DNA from: Escherichia phage tiwna
Direction: 5' to 3' (one strand)
Sequence record: NC_054896.1
Length of the DNA: 51,014 nucleotides
The notes beneath the pieces were generated by a model. The model made no database searches, was not told where the DNA came from, and saw only the letters and a list, made by a program, of their open reading frames with translations. The translations under genes and the position numbers were made by a program. Shown here in pieces: positions 1-7,798 of this stretch; positions within the stretch are counted from its first letter, which is position 1; every line of letters starts with the position of its first letter.

Positions 1-1
1 A

Positions 2-337
2 GCCTTGCGCGCTATTGGCCTGGACAACATTGTTTGCGCCTTTGACGATTCGCCGAACGTGGTTAAGCACTTCCGCAGATTGGGGATCACAACCTATCAG
101 GTCACGGAATACGACAAGCCACACGCTCACATACAATCTCACGGCGTGGAGTCAATAAAGATCACGAAGCGCGCCCGATTCGTTGGCAGCAAAGATAGCC
201 TTGTCAATGCCAGCTTTACCAGAGGAATAGCCTATGACGTTGTTTCTTATCATGACAAGAGTTTTATAGTTCATGATGATTCTGGATGCGCCTGGTCATT
301 CGATCATAGTGACGGCGATTTTGTTAATGCGGAGTAA
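2..337 (+). CDS. hypothetical protein, probably 5'-truncated at the window edge (no in-frame ATG)
   Basis: Open frame runs from the window start to a stop at 337; the next gene starts 7 nt later with an RBS. Confidence 0.3.
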   Translation, partial: ALRAIGLDNIVCAFDDSPNVVKHFRRLGITTYQVTEYDKPHAHIQSHGVESIKITKRARFVGSKDSLVNASFTRGIAYDVVSYHDKSFIVHDDSGCAWSFDHSDGDFVNAE

Positions 338-343
338 TTATAA

Positions 344-535
344 ATGGCTGACTTTATGCATCAAATGATTGTTGTATTTAAGGGCAGTGAAGATGAAGAG
401 GTTCGCGAATGCTTCACCATTGAGAAATCATACAGCGCATCTTTAACCAGTTTTGGCAACATATCTATGATTGATGATAATGGCGATCCGTGGATTTTTG
501 AAGATGATACGGATTGCTTTGAGATTAAAGAATAG
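344..535 (+). CDS. small acidic hypothetical protein (63 aa)
   Basis: ATG with upstream GGAG; D/E-rich product; its TAG stop is the first triplet of the conserved box at 533. Confidence 0.5.
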   Translation: MADFMHQMIVVFKGSEDEEVRECFTIEKSYSASLTSFGNISMIDDNGDPWIFEDDTDCFEIKE

Positions 536-550
536 CACTTTTTGCAAAAA
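533..550 (+). promoter_or_regulatory. conserved box (variant TTGCAAAAA) with -10 TATAGT at 570-575 in a hairpin loop
   Basis: TAGCACTTTTTGCAAAAA; hairpin gggcttgcggTATAGTaagccc. Confidence 0.5.
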
Positions 551-606
551 CAGATTATCGGGCTTGCGGTATAGTAAGCCCATCGACAACGAAAGAGGAA
601 GAGGCG

Positions 607-906
607 ATGTTAGTACGCAATGCGATCTATAAATTCACAAACGAGATGGGGGTTCACCTTTACCACGTAAACCATCAAGGCAACACCTCAATTGCGATGT
701 ATCGCGACGCTCGCGGGAAGTGTAGGCCTTCTCTTCGTGGCAGAATTTCTCCTGCGTTCTTCATGTTTAGATGGTATGCAACAGAACAAATCAACCATAA
801 CCATTGGAATAAAGTATTGATTGCAGGAGGCCGAATTGTTGCCAGTCACGTAGTCGATCCTTGCAAACTAACCAGCCGCCAGCTTCGCAAAATGGCGCGC
901 AAATAG
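607..906 (+). CDS. hypothetical protein (99 aa)
   Basis: RBS gaggaagagg before ATG; TAG stop embedded in the box at 904. Confidence 0.5.
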   Translation: MLVRNAIYKFTNEMGVHLYHVNHQGNTSIAMYRDARGKCRPSLRGRISPAFFMFRWYATEQINHNHWNKVLIAGGRIVASHVVDPCKLTSRQLRKMARK

Positions 907-921
907 CACTTTTTGTTAAAA
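904..921 (+). promoter_or_regulatory. conserved box with -10 TATAGT at 941-946 in a hairpin loop
   Basis: TAGCACTTTTTGTTAAAA; hairpin ggcctgcggTATAGTaggcc. Confidence 0.5.
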
Positions 922-977
922 TCAACTTTACGGCCTGCGGTATAGTAGGCCCATCAACAACAAACGAGGATTAAATC

Positions 978-1241
978 ATGGCTAACAAGATCGAATTTTT
1001 TAAAGCGGTAGACATTATCGACGGCGCGCCTAGCTTCTTCGCTATCCATTCTATTGACGGCAAGGATATTGGGTACAACGTTATCCGTCGAGATGGAATC
1101 TCAAAACTTAGTGACCTGGTAGGTCATGTTGTGTCAAACGGGAAGTGTGCATGGCCCGATTCGCCACGAGAGCCACGCCGCCGCGACATGGTAGAGCCTG
1201 TTCTGCTTTACACGCTGGTAGTAGAAGGAGAAAATAAATGA
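978..1241 (+). CDS. hypothetical protein (87 aa)
   Basis: RBS gagga before ATG; tight packing with the next gene. Confidence 0.5.
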   Translation: MANKIEFFKAVDIIDGAPSFFAIHSIDGKDIGYNVIRRDGISKLSDLVGHVVSNGKCAWPDSPREPRRRDMVEPVLLYTLVVEGENK

Positions 1242-1423
1242 TTTGGCTACTTGCTTTTTTGGTTGTTTTTCTTTACATTTCAGGCCTGTTTACGTTCCGA
1301 ACATTGGTGAAATATTCTGACGCGACAGACAAGGACGATAAAATAGTTCTCGCTTTCTGGTTTGTTTGGGTGTGGTTAGCAATTTACGAGATCATCAGAG
1401 ACAAACAGAAATTTGATTGGTGA
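1238..1423 (+). CDS. small membrane protein (61 aa)
   Basis: ATGA start/stop overlap with the upstream gene; hydrophobic stretch LLAFLVVFLYISGLF. Confidence 0.45.
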   Translation: MIWLLAFLVVFLYISGLFTFRTLVKYSDATDKDDKIVLAFWFVWVWLAIYEIIRDKQKFDW

Positions 1424-1479
1424 TTCTTGCTATGGCGCATTCATGCAGTGCGCCATGTTGAGAAAACCTAAAGGGGGAA

Positions 1480-1623
1480 ATGATGCGTAACTTTGAAAAA
1501 ATCGTTACCAAAAAGAAGCGTCGCGGATACGATGAGCATGTAGAGTTTGTGAACAAGCAACGCAAGAAGCGCCATAGGCGCGAAATGCTACATAATATCA
1601 ACTCACGCTACGGAGATCATTAA
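1480..1623 (+). CDS. small basic hypothetical protein (47 aa)
   Basis: Strong RBS aaggggg before ATGATG; K/R-rich; ends 3 nt before the kinase ATG. Below the 60-aa cutoff of the ORF track. Confidence 0.35.
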   Translation: MMRNFEKIVTKKKRRGYDEHVEFVNKQRKKRHRREMLHNINSRYGDH

Positions 1624-1625
1624 TC

Positions 1626-2216
1626 ATGAAACGAGACATTATTATCCTTAATGGGCCGCCTGGCTGTGGAAAGGACACTATTGCAGCTTACCTAACGGGC
1701 CATCGTTACCCAGCGGTCAAGGCGTCATTCAAACAGCCGATGTTCGATATTGCGTTTTCCATGCTGGGCGTGTACAGATACGATGAATTTATGGACCTGT
1801 ACAACGACCGAGAGCAAAAAGAAAAGCCTCAAGTTATCTTAGGCGGCAAGTCACCTCGACAATTCATGATCTGGATTAGCGAGGAGGTCATGAAGCCAGC
1901 ATTTGGGGAACAGTATTTCGGGCGTCGCATGGTTGAAGAGATTCACGAGATGTACCGAGATTTGACGGTTGTGATCAGTGATGGCGGATTCCCCGAAGAA
2001 ATCAAGCCGCTTGTTAAGGAAGGGCATGAAGTGCATATTTGCCGATTGCATCGCGACGGCTTCACGTTTGCTGGCGATTCGAGAGACTACATTGACCTGA
2101 GCGGTTATCACTATCGAATCCATCACTATGACTTCCAATTGCAGGACGGCAAGCCGGAAATGGCTGTAAACGAGATCGTCAATACGGTCAAATGGAAGCA
2201 CACACAGATTAAATAG
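1626..2216 (+). CDS. P-loop nucleotide kinase (dNMP kinase / polynucleotide kinase-like)
   Basis: N-terminal Walker A LNGPPGCGKDT; overall resemblance to phage dNMP/polynucleotide kinase N-termini; TAG stop inside the box at 2214. Confidence 0.5.
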   Translation: MKRDIIILNGPPGCGKDTIAAYLTGHRYPAVKASFKQPMFDIAFSMLGVYRYDEFMDLYNDREQKEKPQVILGGKSPRQFMIWISEEVMKPAFGEQYFGRRMVEEIHEMYRDLTVVISDGGFPEEIKPLVKEGHEVHICRLHRDGFTFAGDSRDYIDLSGYHYRIHHYDFQLQDGKPEMAVNEIVNTVKWKHTQIK

Positions 2217-2230
2217 CACGAATTGCTAAA
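2214..2230 (+). promoter_or_regulatory. conserved box (spacer variant CGAAT) with -10 TATAAT at 2251-2256
   Basis: TAGCACGAATTGCTAAA; half-sites TAGCA/TGCTA preserved despite the altered spacer. Confidence 0.5.
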
Positions 2231-2286
2231 CGCGGGGTTATCTGCCCCGCTATAATGCGCACATCAACAAGCAAGAGGAAATTACA

Positions 2287-2667
2287 ATGGTTAACATCCG
2301 AAAAATCCGCGTCGGCACTAAATTCTTAGTTACTTATGCAATTCCCGATAGCGGAATGAAGAAGGGCCAGATTGTTAAGGTTGATAGCAAAAGGTTCGGA
2401 ATCCCTGGTATCAATGGCTATCTAATCAATAAAGATCTTGGATTCGACGGCTTCGCTATCCGTGCGCTTGAGGGTATTGTTGCCACTCTTAAGCGAATCA
2501 CTAATCATCGCGGTTGTCCAATCAAGACGATTAAAGCGCCAATAAATTACGGCAAACTGGATAATCGTCGAATCCGCCGCCTGGCGCGTAACGCGTTAAA
2601 ATTCCGTGGCGTAGGCGATGATTTCTACTATGGATACAAGAGGATTGCGCGCAATGCTGGTAAATAA
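2287..2667 (+). CDS. hypothetical protein (126 aa)
   Basis: RBS aagagg before ATG; basic C-terminus. Confidence 0.5.
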   Translation: MVNIRKIRVGTKFLVTYAIPDSGMKKGQIVKVDSKRFGIPGINGYLINKDLGFDGFAIRALEGIVATLKRITNHRGCPIKTIKAPINYGKLDNRRIRRLARNALKFRGVGDDFYYGYKRIARNAGK

Positions 2668-2766
2668 CAATAACGCAACGAATCCTAAGCCACCTTTTGA
2701 TTTTCATTCCGCAATGATTGCGGTATTATCAATGCTACTTTTTCTTTATAGCATGAGGGCGCTACT

Positions 2767-3015
2767 ATGGTTTTTAACGCATTGAAACGACTGTTTAAGC
2801 CGGAATACCGGATCGTATTTTGCCGCGACTGTTCTACTTATCATGTGCAGCGACGCAGTTTAGGCGGCAATTGGCACTATGTTACAGACGACTTTTTCGG
2901 CATCATTGCCACTGAATTTAAGTATTACAGTGATGCTTATATGTACGTCAAGAATCGCCACCGCTTACGCAAGTGTCGTTTTTCCGTACTGATTCACGTT
3001 AATGATTGTTACTGA
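2767..3015 (+). CDS. hypothetical protein with Cys pairs (82 aa)
   Basis: RBS gaggg before ATG; CRDC...RKCR Cys pairs. Confidence 0.45.
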   Translation: MVFNALKRLFKPEYRIVFCRDCSTYHVQRRSLGGNWHYVTDDFFGIIATEFKYYSDAYMYVKNRHRLRKCRFSVLIHVNDCY

Positions 3016-3022
3016 GGTAAAA

Positions 3023-3205
3023 ATGAAAACTGGTATTATTGTTCTTTTCCTGATCCTTTTCGGCAGCCATTTAACCATTAACTATGAGGGCATTATGGCC
3101 TTTTGGGGCAACTTGATGGTGTTTGCCGCTGGTTCAATTACTGGCTACTCTGACGGGAAAAAGGACGGCGTTCGCAAGATGCTGATGGGGCTTAAACAAA
3201 AATAA
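3023..3205 (+). CDS. small membrane protein (60 aa)
   Basis: RBS gaggtaaaa before ATG; two hydrophobic segments. Confidence 0.45.
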   Translation: MKTGIIVLFLILFGSHLTINYEGIMAFWGNLMVFAAGSITGYSDGKKDGVRKMLMGLKQK

Positions 3206-3216
3206 GGGGATCTGAA

Positions 3217-3507
3217 ATGGCAAACAAAACTTACCGCAAACTACTGGTTAACGCTTTTGAAAACATCGCGCAGTGTAACAAGTGGAACGACTCTAAACAC
3301 TCGCCAGTCACAATGAAGCGCGCCGGATTCAAAAATGCTCGTTCATGGGCGCGAGCTTTCGCAGCTTGCTATATGCCGGATGGCGGACTAGGAGCGATGG
3401 ACGATTTTTTGATCAACATGATAGAGGAAGCGGCGCGAGAGGATCGACCGCTGACACAGCTAGATTTTGATGACTTCGCGCGCGATGAGCTTTACTATCT
3501 GAGCTAA
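3217..3507 (+). CDS. hypothetical protein (96 aa)
   Basis: RBS aagggg before ATG; stop immediately followed by the box at 3508. Confidence 0.5.
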   Translation: MANKTYRKLLVNAFENIAQCNKWNDSKHSPVTMKRAGFKNARSWARAFAACYMPDGGLGAMDDFLINMIEEAAREDRPLTQLDFDDFARDELYYLS

Positions 3508-3525
3508 TAGCACTTTTTGTTAAAA
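3508..3525 (+). promoter_or_regulatory. conserved box followed by a hairpin
   Basis: TAGCACTTTTTGTTAAAA; hairpin aaggggcatttgataaagtgccctt. Confidence 0.45.
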
Positions 3526-3582
3526 CTTCCGAAGGGGCATTTGATAAAGTGCCCTTATTGAAGCGAAACAGAGGAAAGCGCA

Positions 3583-3795
3583 ATGAAAATCAAAATCACC
3601 AAAATCGACACTATCAACGGAGACGGATCAATCACTCTTGAGCAATGCGGTTTGGTTGTTGGTGATGTGCTGGAAGTTGACGGACATTTCAGCGACGGAT
3701 CTTATTGTGTTATTGCGCCGCGTAACAGCGAGTTTATCAAGGCTGGCGACAATATTAGTGTTAACCATGACGAATGCGAGGTAGTAGAAGAATGA
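3583..3795 (+). CDS. small acidic hypothetical protein (70 aa)
   Basis: RBS gaggaaag before ATG; preceded by a box-plus-hairpin promoter module. Confidence 0.5.
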   Translation: MKIKITKIDTINGDGSITLEQCGLVVGDVLEVDGHFSDGSYCVIAPRNSEFIKAGDNISVNHDECEVVEE

Positions 3796-4055
3796 TCACG
3801 ATTAACCTGTCAGAGCAGCAAGCGCGCATTATGTTGTCGGCCTTCGGTTGGCGAGACAATGACGGTTTACAGGCCACAGTTAAAATTTATGAGCCAGTGG
3901 CGCGTGAAGTTTTCAGCCAGCTAGAACACGCATTTGATCCTGCTGGGACTGAGCAAGCGGAAACTGCCGCATGGTTCGGAGAGAACGGATACAGAGATCA
4001 GCAAGTCGAAAACTGGAAGCGCATAAACGAGACTATGGAGGAATCAGGTTTATGA
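3792..4055 (+). CDS. hypothetical protein (87 aa)
   Basis: ATGA overlap with the upstream stop; internal ATG preferred over the track's alternative start at 3774. Confidence 0.45.
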   Translation: MITINLSEQQARIMLSAFGWRDNDGLQATVKIYEPVAREVFSQLEHAFDPAGTEQAETAAWFGENGYRDQQVENWKRINETMEESGL

Positions 4056-4366
4056 TTTACATTCACTACTACCAAATCGGAACTAACGAGAACAAAAAAG
4101 AGCATCGTTTCATCCACGATGATTTGGACAAGGCAAAGGCCCAGCAACAGGTTTTAGGCGGAGTCATTCAGGCTTTTGAGCCTGTAGAAGATATTGAGTA
4201 CCGCGAGCATTTAAAAGATGTTGTTATTGATGAGATCTCTTGCTTGATTGATGATATGACAAATCACGGCCCTGGTTCCCCGTGGGAAGATGCAGGATCT
4301 GTAACGTGGGATAAGGCCAAAGTTAAGACGCTAAACAACTTTCGAGAGATTCTCGACGGTTTTTAA
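4052..4366 (+). CDS. hypothetical protein (104 aa)
   Basis: GGAGG 11 nt before ATG 4052; ATGA overlap with the upstream gene. Confidence 0.45.
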   Translation: MIYIHYYQIGTNENKKEHRFIHDDLDKAKAQQQVLGGVIQAFEPVEDIEYREHLKDVVIDEISCLIDDMTNHGPGSPWEDAGSVTWDKAKVKTLNNFREILDGF

Positions 4367-4436
4367 TTAAAAACGCATAGCCGTTAGAGCGCCTCAATCG
4401 CATTCTAACGAGCTATTTTTCTGGTAAGGTGATTTA

Positions 4437-4565
4437 ATGGATGAGTACAAACAACCTTCGCAGTGGTGCAAAGAGAAGCAAGAAGAGGCACTGGAGCGCG
4501 GAGATGTGGAAGAAGCTATGAACTATTTCAAACTTGCGGAAGAATGGAAGGGGAGAGGATACTGA
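4437..4565 (+). CDS. small hypothetical protein (42 aa)
   Basis: ATG after ggtgatttaatgg; fills the gap and is translationally coupled to 4565. Confidence 0.3.
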   Translation: MDEYKQPSQWCKEKQEEALERGDVEEAMNYFKLAEEWKGRGY

Positions 4566-4795
4566 TGTTCGGCATGAATGAGGCGCAATTCAACGCAGCT
4601 AAACGCCAGGCTAAAAAGTGCGGCGAGGCGATGAAAGCGGATGTGGAAAAGCGCGGGAAGTATGTTGATGAAGTAATGAAGGGCATCATTGCAGAACACT
4701 ACCAGCCAATCGCGCCAATGTTGACGATCACTCAATTCATTTGGCTATGTGGTTACTTGCGTGGACGTTGGGGGAACGCTTTCGACAGGGAATGA
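4565..4795 (+). CDS. hypothetical protein (76 aa)
   Basis: RBS ggggagagga before ATG; the track ORF at 4463 starts at a non-ATG codon upstream. Confidence 0.45.
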   Translation: MFGMNEAQFNAAKRQAKKCGEAMKADVEKRGKYVDEVMKGIIAEHYQPIAPMLTITQFIWLCGYLRGRWGNAFDRE

Positions 4796-4824
4796 TTGAC
4801 AACTCTTTCCTGATTGGTTAGCAT
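4796..4824 (+). promoter_or_regulatory. sigma70-like promoter (TTGACA-17-TAGCAT)
   Basis: Consensus -35 at 4796-4801, 17-bp spacer, TAnnnT -10 at 4819-4824, upstream of gene 4958. Confidence 0.4.
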
Positions 4825-4957
4825 GGCGTCGTTTACATAAGAGCGGCTTAGTCCGAACGCGTGACGCGATAGTCACACAACAACGGCGATATGCAGGAGG
4901 TTTTTGCAACGCAAAATAATCCATAAGACGTATCGCCTTTTTTAATGGAGATCCAAA

Positions 4958-5191
4958 ATGATTAAATACAAATTAACAGTTTCTTTCCGTGATACCGTTA
5001 TTCATCCTTTATACAATAGCTTTGTTAACAGCTTTACGGTAGAGGCGACAGAGGATCAGCTGGACGGTGACGAAACTTGCATTTCTATTGGAAATGTTGC
5101 CTACCCGATTCACAACATTACCAGCATTAAGCGTGAGGTTGTCGCTGATGAATTACAAAGTGAAGATGACGATCCGGCGAATGGGGCGTAA
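4958..5191 (+). CDS. hypothetical protein (77 aa)
   Basis: RBS ggag before ATG. Confidence 0.5.
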   Translation: MIKYKLTVSFRDTVIHPLYNSFVNSFTVEATEDQLDGDETCISIGNVAYPIHNITSIKREVVADELQSEDDDPANGA

Positions 5192-5329
5192 TTGCCAATC
5201 ATGCAAACAGGAATATGAATGCGTAGTTGATGCTCTTGATGAACTGGAAGCAGTAGCAAAAGCAAAAGAGCAATCGGGCGCTAATCCTGAAACACATCAA
5301 TTTTCAATTAACCTTGTGAGGGCTTTACA

Positions 5330-5554
5330 ATGATCGCATTATCTTTCTGCATTGGTTTTATCATGGCTATCATTATCTTTTCCGTTGTCATGCGCTTTGC
5401 TTATAAGTTCGTGATTAATAAAGGTTGGTACGCTTCTGCAATCTGGAGCGAAAAACAAAAGAAATGGCTTGTACGTGGTCAATACCTGATGATCGGTAGC
5501 AAGATCCTAAATTCCATTCGAGCCAAAGATGGGAAAGTAAAATATACAGCTTAA
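5330..5554 (+). CDS. small membrane protein (74 aa)
   Basis: Hydrophobic N-terminus ALSFCIGFIMAIIIFSVV; followed by a strong terminator. Confidence 0.45.
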   Translation: MIALSFCIGFIMAIIIFSVVMRFAYKFVINKGWYASAIWSEKQKKWLVRGQYLMIGSKILNSIRAKDGKVKYTA

Positions 5555-5560
5555 AAATCA

Positions 5561-5583
5561 CCCGCCGAACGGCGGGTTTTTTA
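5561..5583 (+). terminator. rho-independent terminator
   Basis: Hairpin cccgccgaacggcggg followed by a T-run. Confidence 0.7.
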
Positions 5584-5595
5584 TTGCCCGTTGTT

Positions 5596-5604
5596 TGGTA
5601 TAAT
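5596..5604 (+). promoter_or_regulatory. extended -10 promoter element (TGgTATAAT) upstream of terS
   Basis: TG at 5596-5597 and TATAAT at 5599-5604, about 28 nt before the terS RBS. Confidence 0.45.
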
Positions 5605-5632
5605 CAGGCATCTAACCAAAGGAGGATTAACA

Positions 5633-6160
5633 ATGGCTAAAAACGTTGAGCCTGCTGTAAAGGCATTAAATTTCAAAGAGTTATACAATAAAACTTATGG
5701 CGATATTGTTACGCTAAACAACCGCCACAAGTACACGCCGGAACAGGTTTTTGATATGGCGATCCGCTATTTCACTTGGGCCGAAGAGAATCACATCCAG
5801 GCGGCTGAAACTGCTTCCTTTCAGGGTGACGTGTACGAGAGCAGAGTTTACAAGCCTCGCGTTTTCACGGTTAACGGATTCAGCTTGTATCTCGGCGTGA
5901 CTGAGGCCGCCGTAAGCAAATGGCGTAAAGAGCCTGGATTCTGCGATGTGATGGAGTTTGTTGATAAAGTAATTTACGAGCAAAAATTCCAGCTTGCGGC
6001 AAATAACATGATTAATGCTGGATTTATCGGTAAAGAGATCGGAGTAGAGAAGCCAGCAACAGTGAGCGTTGAAGCGAGCGCGGCAGCTAATGAAAGCATT
6101 GACGCAGTAACTGCCGATGAGGTGAAAGAGGCTGTGATTGATATTCTGGAGCAACTTTAA
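5633..6160 (+). CDS. terS: terminase small subunit
   Basis: Position immediately upstream of and overlapping terL; RBS aaaggagg; size about 175 aa. Confidence 0.6.
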   Translation: MAKNVEPAVKALNFKELYNKTYGDIVTLNNRHKYTPEQVFDMAIRYFTWAEENHIQAAETASFQGDVYESRVYKPRVFTVNGFSLYLGVTEAAVSKWRKEPGFCDVMEFVDKVIYEQKFQLAANNMINAGFIGKEIGVEKPATVSVEASAAANESIDAVTADEVKEAVIDILEQL

Positions 6161-7728
6161 TGATCATATGGGAAGATTTGACGGCGGCGCAAAAGCGAGC
6201 CATTAAAGAAATCAGTGAGCATTCATTCGAAAAGATGATCAGAATCTGGTTCCAATTATTGCAGGGGCAAAAATTCCAGAGCAACTGGCATTTTAGCTTA
6301 TTGTGCAGTGAGGTAGAGAAGATCATCAATGGAGAGTCGCAGAATGTGATTTTCAACATTACGCCAGGTAGCGGCAAGACTGAGATTTTCTCGATCCACA
6401 TGCCACCCTACGCGTCATTGAAAAGCCGGAAAGTGAGAAACCTTAACCTTTCGTTTAGTGATGGCCTTGTCCAGCAAAACAGCAACCGGATAAAGGAGAT
6501 TATCGGTTCTCCTGAGTGGCAAGAGCTATGGCCTGGAAAACTGGCAAAGGCGAGCGCTAAAGATCTGATAGTCACCGAAGGCGGCAAGGTTAAATTGCAA
6601 GTTAACTCACGTTCTATTGGCGGCCAGGTAACAGGTTTGCGTGGCGGCTATATGGATGATGGTTTTACTGGTATGCTGGTTCTTGACGATCCAGACAAGC
6701 CGGATGATATGCTTTCTAAGGTCAAGCGCGAGGCTATTCACATGCGGTTAAAAAACACAGTGCGATCGCGTCGAATGAAAGACACCACGCCAATTGTTAT
6801 GGTGCAACAGCGACTACACGTTAATGATTCCACCTGGTTCATGCTTAATGGCGGGATGGGTGGTATTGAGTTTAAAGTCGTGAGCATTCCGGCGCTGGTT
6901 ACGAAAGAATACCGCGAAACGCTTCCTGATTGGTTGAAGCCTGAATTTGATCGTGATGTGCTGTCAAGTAAGCCAGTGATGATAGATGGCGTCGCTCATT
7001 ATTCATTTTGGCCTGCGAAGGAAAGCGCGGAGGAGTTGCTTGCATTGCGCAATGCAGATCCTTACACGTTCGCCAGCCAATACCAACAGCAACCAATCGC
7101 GCTTGGCGGGAACGTGTTTAAAACAGAGTGGTTCCAGTATTACGGAAGCGGCGAAAAGTGCGCACTACCAAAACCGGATCGCTTTGAATACACATTTATT
7201 ACTGGAGATACCGCGCAGAAGGCCGGAGAGCTTAACGACTATTCGGTTTTTTGTTATTGGGGGATGTATAAGAATCGCGTTTACTTCATTGATGGCATTC
7301 GCGGAAAGTGGGAAGCGCCGGATCTTGAATTAAATTTTATTGCCTTCGTTAACCAGTGCTGGAAGCGCAATAAGGAGTGTGGCAGCTTGCGACGTATCCA
7401 CATTGAGGATAAGGCCAGCGGCACGGGTTTGATTCAGGGGGCCAAAAAGAAGATCCCGATTGATATAAATCCCGTTCAGCGAAGCAATGACAAGGTGACG
7501 CGAGCAATGGACGCCGCGCCAGTAATGAGGGCCGGACGTGTGGCGCTGCCAGAAAATCACCCCATGCTGCCTGAGATACTGGCAGAGGTTGCAGCATTCA
7601 CTTTTGATGATTCTCATCCCCATGATGATATTGTCGATAATATAGTTGATGCTGTTAACGTCGAAATGAATTTGGCAGATGATCCGGTAGCAAGGATGAA
7701 AAAGCTGGCAGGTCTACGCAATAAATAG
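6160..7728 (+). CDS. terL: terminase large subunit
   Basis: Walker A TPGSGKTE in the N-terminal ATPase, acidic nuclease-type C-terminus, 522 aa, precedes portal. Confidence 0.8.
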   Translation: MIIWEDLTAAQKRAIKEISEHSFEKMIRIWFQLLQGQKFQSNWHFSLLCSEVEKIINGESQNVIFNITPGSGKTEIFSIHMPPYASLKSRKVRNLNLSFSDGLVQQNSNRIKEIIGSPEWQELWPGKLAKASAKDLIVTEGGKVKLQVNSRSIGGQVTGLRGGYMDDGFTGMLVLDDPDKPDDMLSKVKREAIHMRLKNTVRSRRMKDTTPIVMVQQRLHVNDSTWFMLNGGMGGIEFKVVSIPALVTKEYRETLPDWLKPEFDRDVLSSKPVMIDGVAHYSFWPAKESAEELLALRNADPYTFASQYQQQPIALGGNVFKTEWFQYYGSGEKCALPKPDRFEYTFITGDTAQKAGELNDYSVFCYWGMYKNRVYFIDGIRGKWEAPDLELNFIAFVNQCWKRNKECGSLRRIHIEDKASGTGLIQGAKKKIPIDINPVQRSNDKVTRAMDAAPVMRAGRVALPENHPMLPEILAEVAAFTFDDSHPHDDIVDNIVDAVNVEMNLADDPVARMKKLAGLRNK

Positions 7729-7743
7729 CACTAATTGCTAAAA
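7726..7743 (+). promoter_or_regulatory. conserved box (spacer variant CTAAT) after terL, with atypical spacing to TATAAT at 7749-7754
   Basis: TAGCACTAATTGCTAAAA; half-sites preserved. Confidence 0.4.
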
Positions 7744-7755
7744 AGTTATATAATC

Positions 7756-7782
7756 AAGGCTGGATTTTTCCAGCCTTTTTTA
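7756..7782 (+). terminator. rho-independent terminator after terL
   Basis: Hairpin ggctggatttttccagcc followed by a T-run. Confidence 0.6.
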
Positions 7783-7798
7783 TTATGGAGATTTGACT

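Noticed and set aside
2730-2756. Reversed arrangement of box half-sites (ATGCTA-N11-TAGCAT) upstream of gene 2767
   Set aside because: Half-site order and spacing differ from the conserved box and occur only once; probably coincidental or a degenerate relic.
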